DNA of 64,000 nucleotides, from assembly GCA_965223795.1 (NCBI GenBank), contig CBDCXL010000002.1, positions 2,688,001 through 2,752,000 on the forward strand, given 5' to 3'. Shown in pieces: positions 41,730 to 51,213 of the stretch (positions within the stretch are counted from its first letter, which is position 1; each line of letters starts with the position of its first letter). The notes under the pieces are model-generated. The model had not been told where the DNA came from. It saw nothing but the letters and a program-made list of their open reading frames with translations, and made no database searches. Both the position numbers and the translations under genes were made by a program. This DNA comes from Nitrospinales bacterium (lineage in GTDB: Bacteria; Nitrospinota; Nitrospinia; Nitrospinales; VA-1).

Positions 41730-42023
41730 TTAAAACCTGCGGGTGCGAACGGTTCCGGCCAGTTCGTCGTACCCGATCGCGGGTTCCGCATCCGGTTTTT
41801 CGAAATGCTGGTCGCGGTGGTTGTCGAACCAGCCGAGGATGCCGTTCATCTTCGCTTTGAGTTTCTGCGGCAACGGTTCCACCTGCTTTCTGTGATACTC
41901 CCGCAGCATCATCTCCTTGATCACTTCCTTGCATTCCTCCGGAGAGATTTCGTCCGCTTCCAGTTTCTGTTCCAGAAAATTCACCAGTTTCGGATTGAGC
42001 AACTTTCGCAAATTCCTCTGCAC
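41730..42023 (-). CDS. Small hypothetical protein
   Basis: SD AGGAGG before GTG 42023; protein-like composition; sigma-54 promoter upstream. Confidence 0.7.
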   Translation of the reverse strand: MQRNLRKLLNPKLVNFLEQKLEADEISPEECKEVIKEMMLREYHRKQVEPLPQKLKAKMNGILGWFDNHRDQHFEKPDAEPAIGYDELAGTVRTRRF

Positions 42024-42111
42024 TTAGGACCTCCTGACCCGTGCGGGTCTCTTGGATGGGGATGGCTTCATAATACGCCTGTTTTCAATGAAAAACCCTG
42101 AAAAAAACTTG

Positions 42112-42127
42112 AGCAATTGCCATGCCA
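42112..42127 (-). promoter_or_regulatory. Sigma-54 (-24/-12) promoter
   Basis: Minus strand TGGCATGGCAATTGCT matches TGGCAY-N5-TTGCW. Confidence 0.7.
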
Positions 42128-42237
42128 GGCTTAAAATGTTCATATTAAAGGAGTTATGTCTCAGATGAGCGTCAAAAAACGGGCATCGGCAGGATAATTG
42201 GCGCTTAATTTTCAAATACTTGTAGGTGAGGCCGGCG

Positions 42238-42924
42238 ATGTTGAAAGAAAGTCCGTTCAGGCGAATGATTGGAGGCGGCGCTGCGGTCCTGGTGTTTTTG
42301 CTGGCGGGCGTTTTTTTCACCTATGCGGAAGCGGGGCAGGGGATGACCGACGCGGCGCAGCGCCGGTCTTTGCTGTTCGAAAAGAAAATGCTCCCCATCG
42401 AAGCGGAATCGTTTCCCGCCACCTCTTCGTACCCGGATGAAGAAGAAGCACCGCGCGCCGTTCCCCGGAAGACGGAGACCGCAACGCACGACCCGGTGGC
42501 GGTGACCGACAAGCCGCTGGTGCTGGGCGGCCGCGGGCTCGCCGTCGATCATTTTCAACACGCCGCCGAAGCGGAGCGTCTGCCCGATTTTCTAAAAAGG
42601 CTGGAGAATCCCTTTCCCTATCCGCCTCCGGCCTTGCCAGCCGCGAAGCTCGACCCGCATCTGACCGACGTTAAAAGCACAAAGCATCTGGTGTTCCGGA
42701 TCTTGCGGCCGGCGCTGGGCCGGATTCCTGACGTGGACCCGGACCGCGACGCGCGCGTTGCGATCGAGCGCAGGGCCGATCTCGATGCGATCGAAGAAAC
42801 CCACCTGGACTATTTCAATCAGGAGCAAACCGAAATCCAACTGCTGCCCGCGGCCAGGCAAATGGACATTCTGATCGGCAACGAAAACGTCAACCGGGAG
42901 GATTTTAATATCGGGGTGTGGTGA
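42238..42924 (+). CDS. Exported hypothetical protein
   Basis: Signal-peptide-like N-terminus ending AEA; no recognisable domain. Confidence 0.6.
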   Translation: MLKESPFRRMIGGGAAVLVFLLAGVFFTYAEAGQGMTDAAQRRSLLFEKKMLPIEAESFPATSSYPDEEEAPRAVPRKTETATHDPVAVTDKPLVLGGRGLAVDHFQHAAEAERLPDFLKRLENPFPYPPPALPAAKLDPHLTDVKSTKHLVFRILRPALGRIPDVDPDRDARVAIERRADLDAIEETHLDYFNQEQTEIQLLPAARQMDILIGNENVNREDFNIGVW

Positions 42925-42988
42925 TGGATCTCTGTTGCAGGGTATTCAAGCAAGGAAAACAGAACCGTTTTTTGCGTGGAGGCAGTTT

Positions 42989-43864
42989 TTATTCCGCGGG
43001 GGTGATGACACTTCGCTTTGTTGAGGAGGTTTTCCGGGGTGAGCGCAGCAGCAGGGCGCCGATGAAGATAAACGCGACGGGCAGGATGAACTTCACGACT
43101 TCCGCGATGCTCTCCAGCAGCTTCAGCGCCTCGGCTTTCCAGACGGAGTGGGCGCCCGGCGGATAGGTCATGTAGGTATTGTTCTCGCGGCTGGCGATCA
43201 TTTTCACGAACTTGGCGCCGTACTCGCCGATGCCTTCCCGCGTGTAGGCCTGCATCGCCAGCGCTTCCTGTTTCGCGGCTTCCTCGACGCTCAGCACATC
43301 CCCTGTGTCGTCCGTCAACACCACTTCCATGTCCGGGTCGTAGAGATGCCAGTCTCCGTCGTACCAGGCCTCCATCACGACGTGGCCGTACAGTCCGACG
43401 TGGCGGGCGGTGATTCCCGACTTCAGCGCCAGATGAACGAGCACCAGCGACACGCCGCCGCACATGGTGGAATGCCCGTTCTTCAATAAGAGTTCCGGGT
43501 CGAAAATGGCGGAAAAGTTTTTATGAATCTTGCTCATGCCCCACAGGATCCAGTTGCTGAACAGGTTGTGATCGTCCTGGTTGCCGTGAGTGAACCGCGC
43601 GGCTGCGGTTTCATAGAGCACCTGCATTTTTTCTTTCGGCGGCAGGGCGTCGAAGGGTTTCGCCGAACGGGCTTTGGCGGCCTCAAGCAGGGAGTCCAGT
43701 CCGGGTGTGCTTTGAGCCAGCTCCAGATCGAACAGCTCAAAGCCGCGCGGCGGGTGGTTCACGTATTTGCCTTTGCCGAACCAGTGGCCGAGGATCGTGA
43801 TCAGCAGCAACACGCTGCCTGAGATCAGGAACCCCCAGCCGGTCCTTTTTTGCGACGCTTTCAT
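42989..43864 (-). CDS. Membrane-anchored transglutaminase-like (Cys-His-Asp) protein
   Basis: N- and C-terminal TM helices; TMCGG...GITARHVGLYGHVVMEAW.DGDWHLYDPD. Start set at ATG 43864. Confidence 0.75.
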   Translation of the reverse strand: MKASQKRTGWGFLISGSVLLLITILGHWFGKGKYVNHPPRGFELFDLELAQSTPGLDSLLEAAKARSAKPFDALPPKEKMQVLYETAAARFTHGNQDDHNLFSNWILWGMSKIHKNFSAIFDPELLLKNGHSTMCGGVSLVLVHLALKSGITARHVGLYGHVVMEAWYDGDWHLYDPDMEVVLTDDTGDVLSVEEAAKQEALAMQAYTREGIGEYGAKFVKMIASRENNTYMTYPPGAHSVWKAEALKLLESIAEVVKFILPVAFIFIGALLLRSPRKTSSTKRSVITPAE

Positions 43865-44176
43865 GCCAAGCTTTCTGCGCGGCCGCATTGAATGGATTCT
43901 CTTGAAAAAACCGTTCCCGGATCCCGTGATCCGTGGCTTTTTCTGGAGCGATGCGGCCGGTATTTTTTTAAAGGATCTTTGACTGTACAAGAATCATATG
44001 AGAATTCAAGGGGAATCCCGGGCGCCGGTGCGGGTGTTCTTTATCGCATTGAATGCAGGGAAGCTGGCGGGAGGGCGCGGCTGTATTTTTTATCCCGTGT
44101 CCGGAGGTTTGGGCTGCGTTGCCAATGACGCGGCTGGATCGCGATCGAGTGCGCATAGCCGATTGTTTTTATTCGA

Positions 44177-44410
44177 TCAATCGGAAGGAGAGGATGCGGG
44201 AGAGGCGGATGATTTTTGCTCCAGCGGAGCGGGGGGAGGTGTTCCGGCGGGCGATTTATCCTGGCTGGTGCTGTACCAGAAATAAAAGATCCAGAACCCC
44301 AGGACGAAAGCCAGCAGCAGCACTTTTCGCAGCCCGCTGATCGGGTAGCGGCCGGTGGGTTCGGATTCGGGATCGTGGACCGGTTCGGATTCCGGCGGCG
44401 GCTGCGCCAT
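44177..44410 (-). CDS. Small single-TM hypothetical protein
   Basis: SD GGAG; central LRKVLLLAFVLGFWIFYFWY flanked by Pro/Ser-rich tails. Confidence 0.6.
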   Translation of the reverse strand: MAQPPPESEPVHDPESEPTGRYPISGLRKVLLLAFVLGFWIFYFWYSTSQDKSPAGTPPPAPLEQKSSASPASSPSD

Positions 44411-44490
44411 GAAAGTCTCCGTTCGATGCGCTCTGCCGCATCATACAAAGGAGCTGCATTGAGGGCAAGCCCCTTGCGTCGCGAAAAGGG

Positions 44491-45495
44491 TCAGGGCGAT
44501 TTGGCGCAGCGGAAGCCGAAGCTGTTGTTGCGCACTTCCGGGGTGAAAAAGCTGCGGTTGAAGGTCGGGGCGCTCAGCCCGCAGCCGTAGGAGAGGCAGT
44601 CGAACCAGGAGCCGCCTTTGAGCAGGCGCTTGTCTTTGCCGTATTCCGCCCGCGGCACGGTGTTGCCGGGATGCGGCAGGTAGAACGCGTCCACCCATTC
44701 CCACACGTTTCCGGACATGTCGTACAGGCCGTAGGGGCTCCTGCCTTCCGGGTAGGAGCCCACAGGCTCGGTGCCGGTGGAGTATTTATAAGGGTTGTTG
44801 GATTTGTCGAGCGACCACTCGTGTCCCCAGGGATAGGTGAGGCCTTCCTCGCCGCGCGACGCCTTTTCCCATTCCTTCTCGTCGGGCAGGCGCTTTCCCT
44901 TCCATTTGCAGTAGGCGTCCGCCTCGAACCAGTTCACGTACACCACCGGGTGGTTTTCCTTGCCCTTGGGGATTTCGCCGCCGGGCCAGTGGTACGGCGG
45001 CTTGATGTTCGTGGCGTCGACGAATTTCTTATAATCCGCGTTGGTCACTTCGTAGAGATCGATCCAGTAGGCCCCGGTTTCGGCGATGTGCTCAGGCGCT
45101 TCGTCGTCCCAGCGTTCGTTGGAGCCCATGATGAATTCGCCCGCTTCGATGAACACCATGTCCGGTTGTTTCGCGCCGGTTTTTGGTTTGGCGGGGGCTT
45201 TTTTTTCGGCGGGTGTGGCTGCGATCTGCACCGGCAGGACGGGTTGCTTCCGGTCCGCCGGAGCCGTGAACGGCGAGCGCGCCGCTGTTTCCTGAACGCC
45301 CACGTGGCATTGACGGCATTCCTCTCGGCCGCGTTTGTCCGCGTGCGACTTCATTATGTTTTCCGGCTGATGGCAGGTGGTCTGGCAGGTCTTTTTGGCG
45401 TTTTTCGGCACAAAGCCCTCGTAGGCCCAGGCCTGTACGGGAATCGTCAGCGCGACAAGCAGCGCCGGAATCCAGGATGAAAAAACACGTTTCAT
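44491..45495 (-). CDS. SUMF1/FGE-sulfatase-domain protein with N-terminal heme c motifs
   Basis: Signal peptide; CQTTCH and CRQCH; FGE motifs FIMGS, YEVTN, HPVV.VNW, KRLP.E.EWE, GLYDMSGNVWEW, KGGSW and GFRCA. Start set at ATG 45495. Confidence 0.88.
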   Translation of the reverse strand: MKRVFSSWIPALLVALTIPVQAWAYEGFVPKNAKKTCQTTCHQPENIMKSHADKRGREECRQCHVGVQETAARSPFTAPADRKQPVLPVQIAATPAEKKAPAKPKTGAKQPDMVFIEAGEFIMGSNERWDDEAPEHIAETGAYWIDLYEVTNADYKKFVDATNIKPPYHWPGGEIPKGKENHPVVYVNWFEADAYCKWKGKRLPDEKEWEKASRGEEGLTYPWGHEWSLDKSNNPYKYSTGTEPVGSYPEGRSPYGLYDMSGNVWEWVDAFYLPHPGNTVPRAEYGKDKRLLKGGSWFDCLSYGCGLSAPTFNRSFFTPEVRNNSFGFRCAKSP

Positions 45496-45676
45496 GTATT
45501 TGGGAGAAGTTGAATGATATTGCGGCGGAGGACCGGAGCCTGCCGGAATGTCACCGGGCTTCGCCTCATGCCGGTCTGGACGCCGGCACGGGCCCGCCCC
45601 AGAGGAAATGCACTCTTTTTGTTGTATTATAGCATCGGAACGCATTCTATAAAAAGCGGTTTGGCTGGAGGCGGCG

Positions 45677-46456
45677 GTGGCGACCTGGAGGCTGATCGAA
45701 GAGGGTCCTCTGGACGGGGCCTTGAACATGGAGCGGGACCGGGAATTGCTTCGCGCCTGCGAACAGGACGGCGCGCCCGTCACGCTCCGGCTGTACGGCT
45801 GGTCGCGCCCCACGGTCACCACCGGTTACGCGCAAACGCCGCGCGATGTGGACCTCGATGCCTGCCGGGCATTGGCGATCCCGGTGGTGGCGCGCCCCAC
45901 GGGCGGCCGCTCGTTGTTGCACCACAATGAGCTGACCTACAGCCTCACCGCTCCGATCCCGCATCCGCAATTTCCCTCCCGGCTGCTCGGCACCTTCCAG
46001 GCGGTCTCCGGGGCGATCCTGCATTCCCTGGCGCTGCTGGGTGTGCGCGCGGCGCGCGTGGCGCAGCCCGCAAGACGTGACGCCGCTTCGAAGCCGGGGC
46101 TGAAAAACGCGTCCTGCTTTTCCTCGCTCAATCATTATGAGATCGCCGTGAACGGAAAAAAACTGGTGGGCAGCGCCCAGCGGCGCACGCAGCGGGCATT
46201 TTTACAGCATGGATCGGTGTGGATCGACTGCGACCGCGAGCTCGTCAACCGGCTTCTGCGTTTCGACGACGAGGCGGAACGGCTGCGCCATCTGGATGTG
46301 CTGAACCGCTCGACCGTCACGCTGAACGAGATCCTTGCAGCGCGTGTGGCGTTCGCCGATGTGGCGCGTGCGTTCCGGCAGGGATTTCAGGAAACCTTCG
46401 ACGTCGACTGGCGCGTTGCCAATTTCGACTACCGCCCGGCAAAGGGATTGGTTTAA
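45677..46456 (+). CDS. Lipoate--protein ligase A / octanoyltransferase (LipM-like)
   Basis: NMERDRELL, TLRLYGW, RPTGG..LLH, ELTYS and GKKLVGSAQRR...LQHGS. Confidence 0.9.
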   Translation: MATWRLIEEGPLDGALNMERDRELLRACEQDGAPVTLRLYGWSRPTVTTGYAQTPRDVDLDACRALAIPVVARPTGGRSLLHHNELTYSLTAPIPHPQFPSRLLGTFQAVSGAILHSLALLGVRAARVAQPARRDAASKPGLKNASCFSSLNHYEIAVNGKKLVGSAQRRTQRAFLQHGSVWIDCDRELVNRLLRFDDEAERLRHLDVLNRSTVTLNEILAARVAFADVARAFRQGFQETFDVDWRVANFDYRPAKGLV

Positions 46457-46508
46457 AATGCCGTTTCGCGTAGTTGTGCGCGGCGCCGTTCAATCCACTC
46501 TGAAAGCC

Positions 46509-47792
46509 ATGACGCCTCCCCCAGACACAAAGACCCGCTGCGCCGCTGCGGTGCGGCTCGCGATCGCAGCCGCCGTAACGCTCACGCTCCTGGCCGGTGC
46601 GGGCTGCAACAAGAAGCGCCTGATCAAGAAAAACCCCAACCGGCAGCATTTCGTCGACATCTCCGCGAAATACCTGCCGGCGATTCCCGGCGACGTGCAG
46701 GAGATCCTGTTCTCCTGGGTGGACCGGGATGCGCTCAAGGACGTGATCGTGCACGTGCACGACAACAAGCGCGAATCGAAATTCATCCCGCTGCTCAACC
46801 GCGAAAAGGAAGGCTTCGCGTTCAACCGGGCCGGCAAATGGGCGTCGCCGGGCGGCGGCCGGGTGCGCTTTCTCGCCGTGGGGGATCTCAACGGCGACCG
46901 CGCGGAAGACATCGTCTTCATCCGCGAAGGGACCGGGCCGGGCGGCGCCGGTCTTCTTATGAACAACAAAAAAGGGTATTATTATAAAAAAATCGAACAG
47001 GTGCTGCCGCGCACGCACGCGGGCGTGGACCGGGTGACCGTGGCCGACATCGACCACGACCGCGATCTCGATCTTCTGTTCACCGGCCGGGAACTGCTGA
47101 ATGCGGAAGGCCGCCCGCACAAGCACCAGTTGCAGCTTTGGATCAACAACGGCCAGGGCGATTTTCAGGACCAGTCCGCGCTGCTGCTGCCGCGCGTGCC
47201 GCCGGGGGCTTCCGGCGCTTCCATCGCCGATTACGACGGCGACGGGGTGGTCGATCTGTTTCTGACCTACGCCACCGGGCAGAACCGGCTTCTGCTCAAC
47301 AACGGCGTCGGCAAGTTCGCCGATAAAACCCGCGCCGGGCTGCCGGTCCTCCGGGATGAAAGCCTGCACGCCGACTGGGCGGATTTCGACGGCGACAAGG
47401 ACAACGATCTGCTGGTGGTCAACCGCGCCATCGAGGCGGCGTTCCGCGATCACGGCAAGGAAACCAGTTATTTTCTGATCAACGACGGCACCGGCCGGTT
47501 CACCAAGCTGTCGCACAAAAAGCTGCCGGCGGAACCGGCGCGCCGGGTCTACCTGCTGGACGCCAACGGCAACGGCATTCCCGATGCGCTGATCCTCACC
47601 GCCAGCGGGACGCTGTACCTGCAGGGCCGGGGCAAGTGGAAGTTTTCCGACGAAACCGAGCGGCGGCTGCCGCGGCTGCGCCGGTTCACGGAGATGAGTT
47701 TCGGGGACGTCAACGACGACAGTTATCTGGACCTGGTGGCGCTGTATCCCGAAAAGAGCAGCGCCCGCCTGTGGCTCAACCGGTTCAAATAA
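46509..47792 (+). CDS. FG-GAP/VCBS-repeat lipoprotein
   Basis: Lipobox-like GAGC; repeats GDLNGD..EDI, ADIDHD.DLDL, ADYDGDG.VDL, ADFDGD.DNDL and GDVNDD..LDL. Start uncertain (46458 or 46509). Confidence 0.88.
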   Translation: MTPPPDTKTRCAAAVRLAIAAAVTLTLLAGAGCNKKRLIKKNPNRQHFVDISAKYLPAIPGDVQEILFSWVDRDALKDVIVHVHDNKRESKFIPLLNREKEGFAFNRAGKWASPGGGRVRFLAVGDLNGDRAEDIVFIREGTGPGGAGLLMNNKKGYYYKKIEQVLPRTHAGVDRVTVADIDHDRDLDLLFTGRELLNAEGRPHKHQLQLWINNGQGDFQDQSALLLPRVPPGASGASIADYDGDGVVDLFLTYATGQNRLLLNNGVGKFADKTRAGLPVLRDESLHADWADFDGDKDNDLLVVNRAIEAAFRDHGKETSYFLINDGTGRFTKLSHKKLPAEPARRVYLLDANGNGIPDALILTASGTLYLQGRGKWKFSDETERRLPRLRRFTEMSFGDVNDDSYLDLVALYPEKSSARLWLNRFK

Positions 47793-47837
47793 CCAGCGCC
47801 ACTCCGCGTGGGGCGAATTTGCACAGGTATTTTGTCC

Positions 47838-47893
47838 GTCATGCTGAGCCTGTCGAAGCATGACTCATCACCCTTCGACAAGCTCAGGGTGAC
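47838..47893 (+). repeat. REP-like palindromic doublet (family A, best copy)
   Basis: GTCATGCTGAGCCTGTCGAAGC-N12-CCTTCGACAAGCTCAGGGTGAC is an imperfect inverted pair in an intergenic position. Confidence 0.85.
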
Positions 47894-48026
47894 ATTGAAA
47901 AACTTTGAATTGCCGTCCACCTGATTTGTGCAAGGTTTCTTAGTGCAAAGGGCCACGCTGTATTTTTAATCACTGGTATTGGTGAGTTGATTTTCAGTAT
48001 TTAATATTTTCAATCAGGATGTTTTC

Positions 48027-48935
48027 ATGTCTTATTTCAAGAAGCTGACCTTCATCAAGGTGATGACCACCGTCGCCTGGGCCGACGGCGAAATGACCCA
48101 CTCGGAACTCAATCTTTTGAAATCCTTCATCCGCAAGTTCGGCCTGGATGAGAAGGACATGGAGGAGCTGCAGCCCTACCTGGAAGCGCCGGTTTCCAAG
48201 GAGCAGCAGGAAGAGCTGTTCAATCAGCTGATCGCCGAGCTTTCCACGGCGGAGGAAAAACAGGAGGTGCTGACGGCGCTGCACACGATGGCGGGTGGAC
48301 AGGAACAGAAGTCCGAGGAAGAAAAGGCGCTGCTGGACCAGTTCACCACCTGGCTCAAGGAAAGTTCGTTCACGCAAAGGTCTTTCGGCAAGATCCGCAA
48401 TTTTTTCACCGGCACGCTGTTCGCCGGTGCGCGCAGGAAAGACCCGGAGCTGGAGCAGTATTTCAAACGCAAGGTGCTGCACAACATCGAGCTCAAAAGC
48501 GGCAGAAGCGGTCAGGACGTGGAGCTCCCGGAAGAGGAGCTGTATTCGATCTGCCTGTTCGGCACGCTGCTGGCTTCGGTGGCGGTGGTGGACGGGAAGT
48601 TTGAGGATTCGGAACGCGAGGCGCTCAAAGCTGTGCTGACAGACCGGTTCGGCTACCAGGAAGACAAACTGGCGATCCTGTACGAGGTGGTCGAGGAGCA
48701 GGCCAAAGGCGGTTTCGACTTTCATGAAGTGGTCACCGAACTGAACAATCAGATCAGCTACAACGACCGGGTGAAACTGATCGACTGCTTTTTCGCCATC
48801 GCCGCCGCGGACGGGGACATTTCGCAAAAAGAGTCCGATCAGATCCGCTTGATCACCAAGGCCATGTACATTCCGCACCAGCTGTTCAAGGAGGGCAAGG
48901 TCAAAGCCCTGGACGCGTTGAAAGGAAATTCCTGA
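48027..48935 (+). CDS. Tandem TerB-like domain protein
   Basis: VAWADGEMTHSE, VAVVDGKFEDSE and FAIAAADGDISQKE..IRLI..AM.I. Confidence 0.85.
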   Translation: MSYFKKLTFIKVMTTVAWADGEMTHSELNLLKSFIRKFGLDEKDMEELQPYLEAPVSKEQQEELFNQLIAELSTAEEKQEVLTALHTMAGGQEQKSEEEKALLDQFTTWLKESSFTQRSFGKIRNFFTGTLFAGARRKDPELEQYFKRKVLHNIELKSGRSGQDVELPEEELYSICLFGTLLASVAVVDGKFEDSEREALKAVLTDRFGYQEDKLAILYEVVEEQAKGGFDFHEVVTELNNQISYNDRVKLIDCFFAIAAADGDISQKESDQIRLITKAMYIPHQLFKEGKVKALDALKGNS

Positions 48936-48944
48936 GAGCCGGTC

Positions 48945-49370
48945 ATGAGCGTCCACGTCCAAACCAGCCGCTTCACGCTTTCCACCAAAGGCTTCGGCGA
49001 CATCAAGGACATCACCGAAGAAGTCGCGCGGGGATTGCAGCAGGCGGGTCTCATAGACGGCATCGCCACGGTGTTCGTGCCCGGCTCCACGGCGGGCATC
49101 ACCACCATCGAGTACGAGTCGGGCGCGGTGGCGGATCTTAAAAAGGCGACGGAACGGCAGGCTCCCGCGGATCTGCATTACGATCACGACGCCCGCTGGG
49201 GCGACGGCAACGGATTTTCCCATGTGCGCGCGGCGCTCATGGGCGCGTCGGTGACGATCCCGTTTCAGTCCGGCAGGCTTGAACTCGGCACCTGGCAGCA
49301 GATCGTGCTGTGCGATTTCGACAACCGCCCGCGCACGCGGGAGATCGTGGTTCAGTGCATGGGGGAATGA
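48945..49370 (+). CDS. yjbQ: YjbQ/UPF0047 family protein
   Basis: DITEEV, VFVPGSTAGITTIE, NGFSHVRAALMG and LGTWQQI.LCDFD. Confidence 0.92.
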   Translation: MSVHVQTSRFTLSTKGFGDIKDITEEVARGLQQAGLIDGIATVFVPGSTAGITTIEYESGAVADLKKATERQAPADLHYDHDARWGDGNGFSHVRAALMGASVTIPFQSGRLELGTWQQIVLCDFDNRPRTREIVVQCMGE

Positions 49371-49546
49371 TGGCGGAGAAGAAGAAATTCCTCGGCATCC
49401 TGTTCGAATGCTGCAACGTCTACCGGAGAGTCTACATCAACAAGGAAAAAAACGCCTACGAAGGCCGCTGCCCCAAATGCGGCGGCGAGGTGCGCGTGCT
49501 GATCGGCAGCGAGGGCACCGACGCACGCATATTCCGGGCGCGGTGA
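49367..49546 (+). CDS. Small Cys-rich (zinc-finger-like) protein
   Basis: ATGA overlap with the yjbQ stop; FLGILFECCNVY.R.Y...YEGRCPKC. Confidence 0.8.
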   Translation: MMAEKKKFLGILFECCNVYRRVYINKEKNAYEGRCPKCGGEVRVLIGSEGTDARIFRAR

Positions 49547-49590
49547 AGTGGAAAGTACGAGCCCGCTGACTGGTGGCGATAGAGGAAAAA

Positions 49591-50046
49591 ATGAGTTGGA
49601 GATATGTTGATGTCATTCGGGAAGTTGTCCAGCTGAAACAAAGCAGAGTCTATTTTGTGAACGTTGCCTGCAAGAATGCGCTGGAGAAAAAACTTTCGAA
49701 TTTAGGGTTTAAGATTTATGTGTTGGATGGTGAAAAGATCAATTCTGAAGAGAGTTTTTTTACTGAATTTTATCGATCTTTGAATTTTCCTTCTTATTGC
49801 GGAAAAAATTTTGACGGTCTTTTTGATTGTCTTGGAGATTTTGAAGCTGAAGGAGCAAAAGCTGTGGCTATATTGTGGAACAATGTTCATTCCTCAATCG
49901 AACAGAGTTTGTATACTTTCTCCCGATGTTTGCCTGTTCTTATGGAAATACCTGAAGATTATAGGAGATCTAAAGATCCTGATGGTATCCAGCAAATTGA
50001 AATATTTTTTCTGGGAGAGGGGGAAGAGTTCATCAAATTAGATTGA
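49591..50046 (+). CDS. Barstar-family (RNase inhibitor-like) protein
   Basis: YVLDGEKI...FF..F.RSLNFPSYCGKNFDGLFDCLGD matches the barstar FP.Y.G.N.DA..D.L motif; strongly AT-rich relative to the flanks. Confidence 0.8.
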   Translation: MSWRYVDVIREVVQLKQSRVYFVNVACKNALEKKLSNLGFKIYVLDGEKINSEESFFTEFYRSLNFPSYCGKNFDGLFDCLGDFEAEGAKAVAILWNNVHSSIEQSLYTFSRCLPVLMEIPEDYRRSKDPDGIQQIEIFFLGEGEEFIKLD

Positions 50047-50170
50047 CCTTTTTCTTCATATTTTTCCTTTTGTGATAGACCTTTTGACAAGTCAATCCCA
50101 TGATCCGGCACTTTGATCTTATCGATCCCAGCATCAAATCCGAGGTTCGCTCCCGGCAGACCAATCTTTC

Positions 50171-50605
50171 ATGAAACTGGTGCTGCAACGGGTGCGCGAG
50201 GCTTCGGTCGCGGTGGACGGCGAAACCATCGCCGCCATCGGGCGCGGCCTGCTGGTGCTGATCGGCGCAGAAAAGGGCGACGCGATGAAGGACAGCGATT
50301 TTTTCGCGGAAAAAACCGCGCACCTGCGCATCTTTCCCGACGATGCGGGCAAGATGAACCGCTCGCTCAGGGACATCGGCGGCGAGGCGCTGGTGGTGTC
50401 CCAGTTCACGCTGGCGGGGGACTGCACCAAAGGACGCCGGCCGGGATTCGACCGCGCCGCCGGCCCCGAAGACGCCGAGACCCTGTACCTGCGCTACGTC
50501 GAGGCGCTGCGCGGTACGGGGCTGACCGTGGCGACGGGGAGGTTCCGGGCCGACATGCAGGTTTCCCTGGTCAACGACGGCCCGGTGACGTTTTTGCTCG
50601 GATGA
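50171..50605 (+). CDS. dtd: D-aminoacyl-tRNA deacylase
   Basis: [32 protein letters not shown] and NDGPVT. Confidence 0.96.
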   Translation: MKLVLQRVREASVAVDGETIAAIGRGLLVLIGAEKGDAMKDSDFFAEKTAHLRIFPDDAGKMNRSLRDIGGEALVVSQFTLAGDCTKGRRPGFDRAAGPEDAETLYLRYVEALRGTGLTVATGRFRADMQVSLVNDGPVTFLLG

Positions 50606-50628
50606 AAGCGCGGGACGCGCGGGGCCCG

Positions 50629-51024
50629 CTAAAAATTGAAATCCTTTCCGGCGGCCACCAGTTCGTTCACCGTTTCCAGCAGCTTCTCCTTGGCGACCGG
50701 TTTGACGAGGTAATGCTTGACGCCTTTGGCCAGCAGGTTTTTCGACATCTGCATGTCCGGGTATCCCGTGATCACGACGATGGGGATGCCCGGCGCTTCC
50801 CGCCTCAGAAAGTCGATGCATTCGATGCCGTTGACTTTGGGCATGCGGATGTCGCACAGAATGACTCCGACGTTGATCATGTTGTCGCCGCTTCGCAGGA
50901 TCTGGATGGCTTCTTCTCCATTCGCGGCTTCCAGGGTGTGAAATCCGCTGTCGCTCAACTGCAGCTTGAAAACCTCCCGCACTTCTTTCTCATCGTCCAC
51001 AATCAGAATCTTTCCAGAGATCAT
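50629..51024 (-). CDS. Single-domain response regulator (CheY-like)
   Basis: ILIVDDE, CDIRMPKVNG, VVITG and YLVKP; no output domain. Confidence 0.93.
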   Translation of the reverse strand: MISGKILIVDDEKEVREVFKLQLSDSGFHTLEAANGEEAIQILRSGDNMINVGVILCDIRMPKVNGIECIDFLRREAPGIPIVVITGYPDMQMSKNLLAKGVKHYLVKPVAKEKLLETVNELVAAGKDFNF

Positions 51025-51213
51025 GGTGCCTCCCTCGGGCTTTAAGCCCGGCTTGGACGCCGCGGCCGAAAATGCAGGCCAGAGCGTTGATTTTAAAAGG
51101 CGATCGGAATTTAATGAGGCTGTCTTTTCCTAAAGATAGGTCCGGGAGGCGAAAACGGCAACCGCAAAGCGGCGATTTCGATGCGGGCTGGAAGAAACGG
51201 GTCTGATTCGTTA

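Noticed and set aside
42199..42214. TGGCGC-N5-TTTCA as a sigma-54 promoter for the 42238 gene
   Set aside because: It lacks the conserved GC at -12.
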